From positions 1,632,001 through 1,696,000 of the forward strand of contig OY760175.1 in assembly GCA_963663165.1 (NCBI GenBank): DNA of 64,000 bases, given 5' to 3'. The DNA is from an uncultured Desulfospira sp. GTDB taxonomy: Bacteria; Desulfobacterota; Desulfobacteria; Desulfobacterales; Desulfobacteraceae. A program made the position numbers and the translations under genes. Positions 9,819-19,785 of this stretch are shown one piece after another. How positions within the stretch are numbered: position 1 is the stretch's first letter; each line of letters begins with the position of its first letter. Under the pieces are notes generated by a model. It made no database searches. It saw only the letters and a list, made by a program, of their open reading frames with translations, and had not been told where the DNA came from.

Positions 9819-10355
9819 TTATCCATCATGCACAAGAACGAATCCCCCCCTGCCCCGGATGTCCACAATATCCCTTACCGTCAGGAAGAGCAGCCTTGGG
9901 GCCTTAAGCCCGTATGCCTTGAACGACCATTTAAAAGCAAGGTCAATGGTTATTTTTCCGGATTCTTTTGCCACATAAAAGGTAATGGGCAATTGCCGGC
10001 GTTCTCCGATAAATTCGAGGACCGCAAGGATGTCGGCCCTGTAACGGCCGTCATCCTGAAGGACGAATTCCTTGCATTCCGTCATCTCAACTGAGGCTTC
10101 CGGGAATTTTTCCTGCTGCATGTAATCGACCATGGCCTTGTTCCGGTCGGCATACCCGGTGTCAAAAAACCGGGTCTGGGCCGTGGCCGAAGCGTTAAGG
10201 ATTTCAAGATGTTGAAAATCTATGCTGATTTGGGCGTCAATGCCCTTGATGCTCCACCCTTTAAAGGTGTGAAAAGGGGCATAGGCCGTAAAATCAACCC
10301 TGAAATCCCGGGACAGGGTATAGGCGTCTAATGTTTTTTCAATTTGGCAAGTCAA
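9819..10355 (-). CDS. YceI-like family protein
   Basis: F.TG..DRN..M..Y...EKFP and YGLKAP patterns; overlaps the ATPase stop. Confidence 0.7.
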   Translation of the reverse strand: MTCQIEKTLDAYTLSRDFRVDFTAYAPFHTFKGWSIKGIDAQISIDFQHLEILNASATAQTRFFDTGYADRNKAMVDYMQQEKFPEASVEMTECKEFVLQDDGRYRADILAVLEFIGERRQLPITFYVAKESGKITIDLAFKWSFKAYGLKAPRLLFLTVRDIVDIRGRGGFVLVHDG

Positions 10356-12657
10356 TCGGTTGTCCTTTCCGGGGGGGGATTTCGCCCTTGGTTTTGCCTG
10401 ACAGGGTATCCGGATTTTTATTTTGTTTCATGGGTTCTGACGGGGGTTCCCAGGTCAGAAGGCGGCCGGAATTGACTAGAATCCCCCCGGTGTGGAAAAT
10501 ATGAATCATCCCGGCCATGACCGGCGAAAGAATGCCCAACATGCCCAGCGCCGCACCAATAAGATCAGTAGATACAGCAAAATAGTGGTTCTGGTCAATA
10601 ACTTTCATGGTCTGGTGGCTTAAATTTCGCACTTTGACCAGCCCTTCCAGGTTGGCATCGGCCAGGGCGATGTCGGCCGCCTCCAGGGCAACTTCAGCCC
10701 CGCCGGCCCCTACGGCCACGCCGATATCGGCCCGGGCAAGGGCCAACGCATCGTTGACGCCATCCCCGATCATGGCCACCATGTGGTCTTTTTTCAATTC
10801 CTCCACCCGATCGGCTTTTTCTTCGGGCAGAAGCGGGGCCCGGCAATCGTCAAAGGGGAATATATCCATCATGGTCTGGGCCACCTCTTTGTTGTCGCCG
10901 GTGACCAGGTGGATGGATCTGACCCCGTCGGCCTTGAGATGGTTCAACACGGCCACGGCTTCAGGCCGGATGGGGTTGGCAATACCCATCATGCCCGTGG
11001 CACTGCCGTTTTTGGATACAAAGATGACCGTTCGGCCCTTGTTTCGTTCAGCCGCCGCCTTTTTATCAAACCAGCGAAGATCCACCTCGTTTTCTTCCAT
11101 GAACTGCCGGTTGCCCACCAGGACCACTTCCTCACAGCCGATATTGCAGGAAACCCCCCGACCGGCCTTGAATTCACAGACGGCGTGGGCCTCAACGTCC
11201 AGGTTTCTCTTTTTGGCTTCAGCCAGGATGGCCCGGGCCATGGGGTGCTGGTTATGGGACTCGGCCGTGGCCGCAAGGGACAGGATCATGTTTTCGGAAA
11301 TGGACGGGGTCCGGCCGGTAATGGTCATGATCTCGGGCAGGTCCTGGGTTAAGGTGCCGGTCTTGTCAAAGCAGAAGACATCGGTTTTGCCCACCCCTTC
11401 AAGATAAAGGCCCCCTTTAATAAGGATGGAGTGTTTGGCGGCATTGGCCAGGGAGGCGGTAACCGCCGACGATGCGGCCAGGACCGTGGCACAGGGACAG
11501 GACATGACCAGCATGACCGTCAGCGCCCGCAGAGGATCCAGGGTAAACACCAGGGTGGCCAGGGTGGCGGCAAGCCCGATCTTAAGCAGCCGGGCCGCCA
11601 GTTCATCGGCCTTGTGTTCGGCCGGGGCCTTGTTGGCCAAAGAATCCTCCACCATTCTCATGATACCGGCAAGGTAGGTGTCTTCTCCGGTTTTTACGGT
11701 CCTTATAAATAAGGTCCCCTGGGAAATAATGGTGCCGGCATAAACCTTGTCCCCGATATTTTTCACCACGGCCTCGGCCCTGCCGTTAATGGTGGCCTCG
11801 TCCACTAAGGCGTCCCCGTCCAGGATTGTACCGTCCACCGGGATCTTCTCCCCGGTATGGGCGGCCACAATATCATCCACGCGGATCTGCGCCACCGGGG
11901 TTTCCACTTCCATGCCGTCGACCATCACATAGGCATTGGGCGGGGTAACGTCCAGGATATCCCTGATGGCCTTGCGGGACCGCTGGGCCACATAGTCTTC
12001 CGTGGTCTCGGCCACATTGTATATCCAGAGGATCTGGATGGCGGAAAAGGCCTCTCCCATGCAGATGGTGGCAATGGCACCGGCGGCCAGAAAGGGTTTA
12101 ACCGTCACCTTTTTCTTTTGGGCCGTATCCGCAATTGCCTCTTTGACCAGGGGAATAGTGCCGGCCATGGCGGCCAGGCCCAAAAAGCTCAAGGGATTCT
12201 GGGCCAGAACCGCACCGAAAACAAACCGGCGGACAACGGCATAAACCATGACAGAGGACAGCCATGCCACTCTTTTTAATTTGGTCCCAAATCCGGCGTC
12301 ACCGGCGCATTCGCACGCCAGGATATCTGCGGCAGGCCCGGCAGCGGGTTCCAGATCGAATTTTTTCGGGGATAATACCTGGCTGAGGATGGCGGCCATA
12401 ATGGTTCGCGCGGTTACTGCCGACGAATCAAAGGTAACAATGACGGACCCGGAAACCGATCTGGCCTCGGCCCCTGTAATTCCGTCAACCCCTTTCAGGT
12501 AAAGGGCCATCCATCCGGATTTTTTTTCATTGTACCGAAGGGCTTTTACCTGAACCCGCATCCGCCCGGCCATGGACTGCCGGACACAGATCCCGTTCTT
12601 GCTCAAAATACTTTTACTGATATAGCTTACACTATTATATTTTTTGTTATTCATCAA
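10339..12657 (-). CDS. P1B-type ATPase-like protein (CPC) with TGE replaced by NGR
   Basis: CPC, DKTGTLT, HP and GDGVND present; the A-domain reads VDEATINGRAE. Confidence 0.9.
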   Translation of the reverse strand: MMNNKKYNSVSYISKSILSKNGICVRQSMAGRMRVQVKALRYNEKKSGWMALYLKGVDGITGAEARSVSGSVIVTFDSSAVTARTIMAAILSQVLSPKKFDLEPAAGPAADILACECAGDAGFGTKLKRVAWLSSVMVYAVVRRFVFGAVLAQNPLSFLGLAAMAGTIPLVKEAIADTAQKKKVTVKPFLAAGAIATICMGEAFSAIQILWIYNVAETTEDYVAQRSRKAIRDILDVTPPNAYVMVDGMEVETPVAQIRVDDIVAAHTGEKIPVDGTILDGDALVDEATINGRAEAVVKNIGDKVYAGTIISQGTLFIRTVKTGEDTYLAGIMRMVEDSLANKAPAEHKADELAARLLKIGLAATLATLVFTLDPLRALTVMLVMSCPCATVLAASSAVTASLANAAKHSILIKGGLYLEGVGKTDVFCFDKTGTLTQDLPEIMTITGRTPSISENMILSLAATAESHNQHPMARAILAEAKKRNLDVEAHAVCEFKAGRGVSCNIGCEEVVLVGNRQFMEENEVDLRWFDKKAAAERNKGRTVIFVSKNGSATGMMGIANPIRPEAVAVLNHLKADGVRSIHLVTGDNKEVAQTMMDIFPFDDCRAPLLPEEKADRVEELKKDHMVAMIGDGVNDALALARADIGVAVGAGGAEVALEAADIALADANLEGLVKVRNLSHQTMKVIDQNHYFAVSTDLIGAALGMLGILSPVMAGMIHIFHTGGILVNSGRLLTWEPPSEPMKQNKNPDTLSGKTKGEIPPRKGQPIDLPN

Positions 12658-12802
12658 ATTAATATCCTTTAAATTGCCAATTTAACAGTCTGATTATATA
12701 GCCTATTTTGTTAGTAAAATCAAACTATTATTTGATAATTTTAAAAGGCCGGGGGGCGTCATAAAGTTACCTATAGTTAAAATCTCCTTTAAAATTAAGA
12801 GG

Positions 12803-12831
12803 TTGACACCCATCAAACCCTGATTTATTAT
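12803..12831 (+). promoter_or_regulatory. sigma70 promoter TTGACA-17-TATTAT
   Basis: Upstream of the two small + strand genes. Confidence 0.7.
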
Positions 12832-12899
12832 ATACCTGACGCTAAAATTAAGTGTCCGAAAGTTCTTAATCAAATTTAAAGCTTTAAAAGGAGGATATT

Positions 12900-13073
12900 A
12901 TGTTTTATCTGCCCCTTACCACAAACCCATTGGGATGGGTAATCCTTGGCGTGGGCGGTTATGCCCTGTACAAGGCTGGAAAGAAAAAAGGTGAGGACGA
13001 GGCAGCTGCCTCCCAGATCACCGAACCTCCTGCCGATGATAAGGCAAAACCAGAAACCAAAGGAGCCAAATAA
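12900..13073 (+). CDS. 57-aa single-TM protein (below ORF-track cutoff)
   Basis: AGGAGG RBS; MFYLPLTTNPLGWVILGVGGYALYKAGKKKG...; TAATG overlap with its paralog. Confidence 0.85.
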   Translation: MFYLPLTTNPLGWVILGVGGYALYKAGKKKGEDEAAASQITEPPADDKAKPETKGAK

Positions 13074-13351
13074 TGAGCGTTCCCGTATATGCCCCCGCAC
13101 TGGCCGTTAACCCCTTAGGATGGGCCGTAATCGGTGCCGCCGGATATGTGACCTATAAAGCCGGGAAAAAAGCCGGTAACAATTCCCAGGAAAAAGCCGT
13201 CAAACCCGGGCTGGCCGACAGGGCCATCAAAGGCGCCATGAAAACTGTTTACCGGGCAAAGAAGAGTGTAAGTGAATCTTTTGGCAAAAGCCGGGAAAAA
13301 TATTCCAGCATGTGGAGTGAAGCCCAGGAAGAAGTTAAAGCAGCAGAATAA
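13073..13351 (+). CDS. Small single-TM protein, paralog of 12900..13073
   Basis: NPLGWAVIGAAGYVTYKAGKK motif plus helical tail. Confidence 0.8.
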   Translation: MSVPVYAPALAVNPLGWAVIGAAGYVTYKAGKKAGNNSQEKAVKPGLADRAIKGAMKTVYRAKKSVSESFGKSREKYSSMWSEAQEEVKAAE

Positions 13352-13420
13352 TCAGCTGCCAGCCATTAGCGGTTAGCCTTTCGTGGTCAGCCGTTTGCTT
13401 AGAATCTTTCTTTAACCGCC

Positions 13421-13472
13421 AAGGCCCCGAGGATGTTCTTAAAATCGCCTTTCATCAACGGGGCCTTTTTTT
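13421..13472 (+). terminator. Probable terminator
   Basis: aaggccccg / cggggcctt stem with a large loop, followed by a T run. Confidence 0.5.
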
Positions 13473-14226
13473 ATTCTCCTGTTCTGACAATCACTGCGCC
13501 GGCTTTTTCGTGGGCCAGGTAAAGTCGCAGCCCTTGAGGGCTGGACACGGTAACGGACTGGGTTCTCGGGGCATGAAGTCCCTGGGCCGCCTCCACGGTT
13601 TCAAGGACCAGGCTCACCCCCGGGGTGACCCCGTGGGTTTTCAAATGGCGGACCCCTTGAGGCCCCCCCATGATATCGGTCACCTCAAAGGCCTGGTTGG
13701 GTTTGGCGAAGTAGAACTGGCTCTTTTGCCCTTTTTCGCAGAATCCCCATATTTTGGCAGCTTCCCCTTCGGACAGCCGGGTCCGTTCCTTCCGGTTGAT
13801 CACGGTGATGTAATCCATGTGGGGCAGGGCCCGTAAAAATTTAATCTGAGTGTCTTCCTTGAGCCCGAGCCGCTCCAGGCTTTCCGCCAAGTACACGCCC
13901 CCGGAATGGATTTCAATATGGGCTTCCTGGTTTTTTTTCATTTCCGTTAAAGGAATGATGTTGCCGTCGTTTAAGTGGGCATAGACCTTTGTGGCCAGGC
14001 CGGCGGGAAGAACCACATCCCCTTTGGGCCCCCTGACCCGGACAGAGTAATAGTTAAAATCCTGGTCATGGCGGGTCAGTTTTCCGCCCACAAACAGGCC
14101 GAGCCGGTTCAGCCAGGTTTCAAGGGAAGGTTCGGTGATCTCCAGGATGACCAGCTCTGTATTGATGGGTGCATCAAGCAAGGATGAATACATGGGTTTT
14201 ATATTTTCCTGATGGTCTGGTTTCAA
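13471..14226 (-). CDS. Tandem FeoA-domain protein
   Basis: Three FeoA-like units (RLGLFVG, RLGLKED, HGVTPG). Confidence 0.75.
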   Translation of the reverse strand: MKPDHQENIKPMYSSLLDAPINTELVILEITEPSLETWLNRLGLFVGGKLTRHDQDFNYYSVRVRGPKGDVVLPAGLATKVYAHLNDGNIIPLTEMKKNQEAHIEIHSGGVYLAESLERLGLKEDTQIKFLRALPHMDYITVINRKERTRLSEGEAAKIWGFCEKGQKSQFYFAKPNQAFEVTDIMGGPQGVRHLKTHGVTPGVSLVLETVEAAQGLHAPRTQSVTVSSPQGLRLYLAHEKAGAVIVRTGE

Positions 14227-14237
14227 GGCACAGGGGC

Positions 14238-16391
14238 TTATTTCTTTTCCCCGGCCTTACGGTTATTTTGTTCCGGGCTTTCACCCGCTTTGGACTGCTG
14301 CTCTTCAATGCCTTTCAAGGGCTGCTTTTCCCTTAACCCCGCATAGGACAGAATCCCCACCGTGCTGGTATTATGAAGGATGGCGGCGGTGACCGGGTTG
14401 ATCAATCCAAAGGTGGCCAGCATCAGGAAGAGCGAGTTAAGCCCCACAGCAGAAACAAAGCTGTGTTTAATGGTATCCTGGCACCGCAGGGCGATTTCCC
14501 GCCCGGCCAACAGACAGTTTAAGTTCTCCTGCATTAATATCACCTGGGCCGACTCCTTGGCAAGGTCCGCCCCTGAGGGCAGGCAGATGCCCACATGGGC
14601 CGATACCAGGGCCGGTGCATCGTTGACCCCGTCGCCGATAAACCCGAGATACGCCCCCTCTTTTTTAAGGTCTTCCACAATGGCGGCCTTGTCCTCGGGC
14701 TTAAGTTCGGCCCTGACCTCGTCCACGGCCGGCAGTTCTTTGGCAAGCGCCTTTGCCGTAACTTCCGTATCCCCGGTAAGAATGATAATCTTTTTAATAC
14801 CTGTTTTTTTCAAATTGTCCAGAACTTTTGGCGCTTCGGGCCGGAGTTCATCCCTTAACCCCAGTATTCCCACAAGCTTTTCTTCCCTTGTCACATAGAG
14901 CAGGCTCTTGCCCTGCTTTTGAAAGGCCAGGGCCGGTTTGTCCACCAGGGAGCAGTCAATGCCTTCATCATCTTCAACAAAATGGCGGGATCCCACCAGG
15001 ATATTGTCGTTGCTGATATAGGCCGACACCCCGTGGGCCACCACAAAGTCCACCTGGCTGGTGGGGGGCAGGTCAAGCCCCTTTTCTCTGGCAGCCCGTA
15101 CCACGGCGCGGGCGGCCGGGTGGGAGTAATGTTCCTCTGCTGAAGCGGCCAGGGCCAGTACCTCATCCGGGGCCATGCCGTTCACCGTGTGAACGTCGGT
15201 CACGGTCAGCTCTCCTTTGGTCAATGTGCCGGTCTTGTCAAAGACCAGGGTATCCAGCCGGGCCAGACTGTCCATGGCCTGGGAGCCTTTGAGCAGAACC
15301 CCCTGCCGGGCCGCCGTGTACATGGCCACCCTTACCGCCACCGGGCTGGACAATTTGATCACACAGGAATAGTCCACGGTAAGAACGGCGGCCGCCTTTT
15401 CCAGATCCCGGGTCAATCCGAAAAGGCCGACCCCCAACCCCAAGGTAACCGGGACCAGCTTGTCGGCGAGTTCATCGCTTTTCTTCTGGGCTTCGGATTC
15501 GTAATTGAGGGAGTCTTCCAAAAATTTGGAAATCCGGGCCACCGAAGTTTCAGCGCCCACTTTCAGGGCCTTGAACACGATCCGCCCGTCTTCAATGACC
15601 GACCCTGAAATCACCTCAGTACCGGGCTTCACATGAACGGGAACAGATTCGCCGGTGACGGAACTCTGGTTCACGGCAGCCTCGCCCCTGACCACCACCC
15701 CGTCCAGAGGAATCATCTCGCCGGGCCCGCAGACCACCTGGTCTCCGATCCTTGCATCATTAAAGGGGATCTGGACCTCCTGGCCGTCCACCTCTATCCA
15801 GATATGTTCGGTCTCGGGCTTGAGCAGGCTTTTCAGCAATTTGTTGGTCCGGTTCTCGCTGAGCGCTTCCAGGTATTCCCCCAGGGAAAGCAAAAATACA
15901 ATGGTTGCGGCCGTAAAATAATCCCTGCGGAACAAGGAAAAGGCCACGGCTGATCCGTCCAGGACCTCCACACTGATTTTACGGTTTACCAGACAGACCA
16001 GGGCATCGATCATAACCGGCAGGGACAGTATCAGGGCGATGGGCATGCAGCCCAGAGCCGGCAGAACCAGACAGCTTGCGGCAAGGGCCCCTTTTGCGGC
16101 CAGATTAATCAAAGACGGGCCGTTTTTCCGGTTGTTTTTCCCGTTAAAGGCATCCAGGGGCAGGTCACTGATACAGGCCAGAATCGAAGACCTTGTTTCA
16201 GGCCGGCCGTCATACCGGGCGATAATGGAGGATGCCCGGGTATTGATCCGGGCATTTTCAACCCCGGGGATGCCTTCAAGGCGAGCCTCCAGAAAATCCG
16301 GGTCCAGTTCCGGGTCCCTTAAAAACCGCCCCTTAAGGCGGATCCGGTGGGGCAGTTCATTGACGATCTGAACCGGACGCGGCGCCATCAT
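14238..16391 (-). CDS. fezB: P1B-6 ATPase, FezB-like (ferrosome ATPase)
   Basis: N-terminal RIR, TGES, membrane DYSC in place of CPC, DKTGTLT, HP, GDGVND, LHN. Confidence 0.8.
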   Translation of the reverse strand: MMAPRPVQIVNELPHRIRLKGRFLRDPELDPDFLEARLEGIPGVENARINTRASSIIARYDGRPETRSSILACISDLPLDAFNGKNNRKNGPSLINLAAKGALAASCLVLPALGCMPIALILSLPVMIDALVCLVNRKISVEVLDGSAVAFSLFRRDYFTAATIVFLLSLGEYLEALSENRTNKLLKSLLKPETEHIWIEVDGQEVQIPFNDARIGDQVVCGPGEMIPLDGVVVRGEAAVNQSSVTGESVPVHVKPGTEVISGSVIEDGRIVFKALKVGAETSVARISKFLEDSLNYESEAQKKSDELADKLVPVTLGLGVGLFGLTRDLEKAAAVLTVDYSCVIKLSSPVAVRVAMYTAARQGVLLKGSQAMDSLARLDTLVFDKTGTLTKGELTVTDVHTVNGMAPDEVLALAASAEEHYSHPAARAVVRAAREKGLDLPPTSQVDFVVAHGVSAYISNDNILVGSRHFVEDDEGIDCSLVDKPALAFQKQGKSLLYVTREEKLVGILGLRDELRPEAPKVLDNLKKTGIKKIIILTGDTEVTAKALAKELPAVDEVRAELKPEDKAAIVEDLKKEGAYLGFIGDGVNDAPALVSAHVGICLPSGADLAKESAQVILMQENLNCLLAGREIALRCQDTIKHSFVSAVGLNSLFLMLATFGLINPVTAAILHNTSTVGILSYAGLREKQPLKGIEEQQSKAGESPEQNNRKAGEKK

Positions 16392-16816
16392 GGGGCCCCG
16401 TCCTTTCCGGCATGGGGTTTGGGCTTCATGGCCCGGTCAATGGCATAGCCGGCCCCGGCCAGAGCCGCTGCGGTCAGGGCAATTTCCCATACGGTCTTTT
16501 TGGGGGTCAGGGATAAAATCACCGTGGCGGCAGCGCCTTTGGCAATGCCGTTGACCACGGCCTTTGTTCCGGTCATGGTGTTGTTCTGCACATCCACCAT
16601 GTTGGCGCCGATGGTGGCGGCACTGGCTATGGCCAGGGTGGCCGCAGCAAATTCCAGGGGGGTGTAGGTATCCTGGGGGATGGGGATGGGGGCAAAAAAA
16701 GGCCCCGGTGCAGGGGTTAACGCAAGCCCGGTTCCATCAGAAGTTAAAAAGACCGGCCGGGCTGATCCGGCGGCGATCCCGGGAGCGCCGCCGGCCGTAT
16801 TCATCTGGGTTTTCAT
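16388..16816 (-). CDS. Ala-rich small membrane protein, paralog of 8523..8933
   Basis: IGANM..M...AVVNGIAKGAAA; overlaps the fezB-like start. Confidence 0.75.
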   Translation of the reverse strand: MKTQMNTAGGAPGIAAGSARPVFLTSDGTGLALTPAPGPFFAPIPIPQDTYTPLEFAAATLAIASAATIGANMVDVQNNTMTGTKAVVNGIAKGAAATVILSLTPKKTVWEIALTAAALAGAGYAIDRAMKPKPHAGKDGAP

Positions 16817-16934
16817 ATTGTTTCCGTGGCTATCAATTTTTTAGAGGCACTTGAAATATTGAATTTAATAAGTTTTAGCAAATTTGAGCCGTAAAAACAA
16901 TTGATAAGTCTAACCGCCCCTTTGCCGTTTGCCG

Positions 16935-17444
16935 CTATACCGCGTCACAGCATATTGATTCACACATGGGTTCCCTGTCCGGTTCGCCAAAAATGCTTAA
17001 AATCCGGTCTGCTGTGACCTTGGCCGCAATGCAGGATTTGGTTTCTGCGGTAATCCCAAGCCGGCCGCCGGTGTCCATGGGCTCATAGCCGTAAGCCGTG
17101 CGCACCACCTTTTCATAGGCGCAACGAAGCTGCCGGAAAGAGGCCTCAACTTCCGGGTATTCATTGGAGGCCCGGAAAGGCAGCCGGATAAAATCCTCAA
17201 TTTCCCCTCTTTTAAAGTGGGGAACACTCAAATAATGGAACCGTTCAGGCTGCCAGCCGGGGCGCCGCTCGTTTGTCCCGGGCATGCAGGTGCTTGAATG
17301 GGAATCGGGCACCACCGGGATGCTGCTCTCGATGCTCACCGCATTGACGGCCAATTTTTTTTCAAAATCCTCAAGGATCAGGGAGTATTTCAGAAAAGGC
17401 CTGAAATTGCCGCGTTTTTTCGTTATGGTCCAGTTGATCTGCAT
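16935..17444 (-). CDS. Hypothetical protein
   Basis: Start MQINW 4 nt after the VWA gene stop; third gene of the AAA-VWA operon. Confidence 0.75.
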   Translation of the reverse strand: MQINWTITKKRGNFRPFLKYSLILEDFEKKLAVNAVSIESSIPVVPDSHSSTCMPGTNERRPGWQPERFHYLSVPHFKRGEIEDFIRLPFRASNEYPEVEASFRQLRCAYEKVVRTAYGYEPMDTGGRLGITAETKSCIAAKVTADRILSIFGEPDREPMCESICCDAV

Positions 17445-17448
17445 AAGT

Positions 17449-18723
17449 TTAACTCTCCAGACAGATGGTGTTGCCAAAGGGCGGTTTACTGCCGCCGGGA
17501 CCGGCCCCGCCGGGACCTGTCTTTACCCAGAGGACCGGGTATGGGGGCCGGTTTGAAGGAAACAATTTACATTCAAGATCGGTCAGGTAAATCAGGCAGG
17601 CCGGGCTGACCCGCTGATCAGCGATAAACTCAAAGGCCGGGCGAAAATCGGTTCCCCCGCCCCCTTTGGGCTCAAACTTTATGGGCAGGTCCCACTGATT
17701 AAACACCTGATACCGGTTCACGGCCATATCCGTATACAACAGGTGAAGCTTGGACGGGAAACATTCCAGAATGGCAGATAGTTCTGCGGCAAACTGGTCC
17801 AGTTCTTCGGGCAGGACAGACCCTGAGGTATCAAGGGCCACAGCCAGTTCGCTCAACTCATGGGTGTTCAAAGAGGGAAAATAAAGGTTCTGGTGAATAT
17901 ACCGCCGGTTGGGCGTGGTCCAGGAGTAATCCGACCGGGCTGAATTCTGGATAAACCGGGACAAAAGCTGCCGCCACCCCAGTTTGGGATTAATCCTTTC
18001 CTGGACCAGCCGCTCCAGCCCCTTTGGCAGCTTTCCCATGCGCCGGGCATTGGCCGCGGCCTGGACCAGGGCCTGGTCCCAGTCAATGTCCTCATCTTCC
18101 CCGGTTCCCGGCGCATCTTCCAGGTCCCGGACCTCGCCGGCCATGCCCGGATCAGTTCCGGGATCTTCCTGATTTTCATCCTGGCCGGTATTTCCCGGGT
18201 CATCAAGTGGCAACGGGTTTCGGCCCTGTTCGGGATCTGTCTCTTTCAGGGCTTCACTGTTGGGGTCGCCGACTTGCCCACCCCTGTCCTCTTCATTTTT
18301 CTCATCCGCCAGGGTCTGATAAACCGCATCGGCGCTTTTGTTCCGGAACCTGTCATCAAACAAAAACCCGTCGGGCAGGTCCATGCCCGCGTCCAAAAGA
18401 ATGGGATTAACGGCATAATCACAGGCCCGGTTCCACAGATCCTTGTCCCGGCTGCCGCGCCGTATGTGGTGGCCGCAGGCCGGGTGCATGACCGTATGGG
18501 CGCAAAGGCCGATGAGCTTTTGCCTTGGCAGGGTGCTGATGTAAGAAGGGTTATAGGCAAATACCCGGCCGTCGGTCCAGGCGGTGTGGCAGGAAGGGTC
18601 CGGCGTGACCTTTAACCTAAGGGCCAGGGACGCAAAAAACGGCTGGGCCATGACCATGGAAATCCTGGCCCGGACCACCCGGTCATGGGCAGACTGTTCT
18701 ATGGAGGAAAGGGGCTTGATCAT
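17449..18723 (-). CDS. DUF2201-type metallopeptidase-like/VWA domain protein
   Basis: TAWTDG, HTVMH...H, WN.ACDYAVN, acidic linker, MIDAS DTSGS, GGGGTDF, YLTD; ATGA overlap with the AAA gene. Confidence 0.85.
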   Translation of the reverse strand: MIKPLSSIEQSAHDRVVRARISMVMAQPFFASLALRLKVTPDPSCHTAWTDGRVFAYNPSYISTLPRQKLIGLCAHTVMHPACGHHIRRGSRDKDLWNRACDYAVNPILLDAGMDLPDGFLFDDRFRNKSADAVYQTLADEKNEEDRGGQVGDPNSEALKETDPEQGRNPLPLDDPGNTGQDENQEDPGTDPGMAGEVRDLEDAPGTGEDEDIDWDQALVQAAANARRMGKLPKGLERLVQERINPKLGWRQLLSRFIQNSARSDYSWTTPNRRYIHQNLYFPSLNTHELSELAVALDTSGSVLPEELDQFAAELSAILECFPSKLHLLYTDMAVNRYQVFNQWDLPIKFEPKGGGGTDFRPAFEFIADQRVSPACLIYLTDLECKLFPSNRPPYPVLWVKTGPGGAGPGGSKPPFGNTICLES

Positions 18724-19703
18724 ACCAGAACTTGGGCATGGCATGAGGCCCAGTCTGCGAAGGCCGGGGTCCGGACCAGGCCGGCATGTTTACGGACCGC
18801 CTCCCGAACCAGGAGAACGGAAAATTCTACGGGCAGCCGGGATGCCCAGGCCATGACGGGGTCGGCGGTATCTTCTTTAAGGGCATGGCTCATCATTTCG
18901 CACAGGGCAAAGAGGACCGCCGGATCTTTGGGGATCTCAATGCCCTCAGGGTCTTCTATAATATCGGCGGCTTCGGGAAGGCAATGCCAGATTTTTAGAA
19001 ATCCTGAAAACTCTGCGGCAGCGCCCTTGCCCACGGCACCGGCCACCATGGAACCAAGAAGGCCCGGGTCAGGAGCGGCCTTTACCAGCCTTGAGACAAA
19101 TTCCCAGGACCTTGGGGAAGGAAAGGCCCGGTCGTCTTTTTCAGGATCAAAATCGTGGAGCAGGGCGGGCCGGAAACGAATAAAGGCAACGACCTCCGGT
19201 GCAATGGCATTGGCACCGGCCCAGGTGAGCCAGTCCGGCACATCCACCTCAAATTCCAGATGAACAAACCGGTTGGCCAGGGCCGAGGGCATGCGATGGG
19301 AAACGGCCCGGTCCTGCTCCCGGTTGCCGGCAGCGATCACAGACCAGCCTTCAGGGAGCTCATACTCCCCTAACCGGCGGTCAAGGACTAACTGGTAACA
19401 GGCCGCCTGAACCAGGGGAGGCGCCGCGTTCAGTTCATCCAAAAACAGCACCCCCCTGCCCTGCCGGGGAAGAAAGCCCGGGGCGCACCATTGGGAGACC
19501 CCGTCCGGGGTGATCTTAGGGATTCCCCGTAAATCCACAGGGTCCAGGAGAATGGCCCGGATGTCAATGAGGGAGAGGGACAAAGCATCGGCGGTCTGCC
19601 GGACCACCTGGCTCTTTCCAATGCCCGGCGGACCCCAGAGAAACGCGGGCTGCCGGATGTCAAGCAAGGTATTCAGGGCCGTTGAAATTTGGGATGGCTT
19701 CAT
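18720..19703 (-). CDS. MoxR/AAA_5-type AAA+ ATPase
   Basis: GPPGIGKS, LFLDELN, AAGN, ALANRF, SPRSW. Confidence 0.9.
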   Translation of the reverse strand: MKPSQISTALNTLLDIRQPAFLWGPPGIGKSQVVRQTADALSLSLIDIRAILLDPVDLRGIPKITPDGVSQWCAPGFLPRQGRGVLFLDELNAAPPLVQAACYQLVLDRRLGEYELPEGWSVIAAGNREQDRAVSHRMPSALANRFVHLEFEVDVPDWLTWAGANAIAPEVVAFIRFRPALLHDFDPEKDDRAFPSPRSWEFVSRLVKAAPDPGLLGSMVAGAVGKGAAAEFSGFLKIWHCLPEAADIIEDPEGIEIPKDPAVLFALCEMMSHALKEDTADPVMAWASRLPVEFSVLLVREAVRKHAGLVRTPAFADWASCHAQVLV

Positions 19704-19785
19704 GTTTTAAAACATTACTTTTATTATATTAAAATTTTTTAGTTATTCAATTCGTAGATTTGTTAATATTAAAAATACTATTTTT

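Noticed and set aside
17449..19703. Prophage or defence island based on the AAA/VWA pair
   Set aside because: No phage, integrase or nuclease genes nearby, and the operon carries the island operator.
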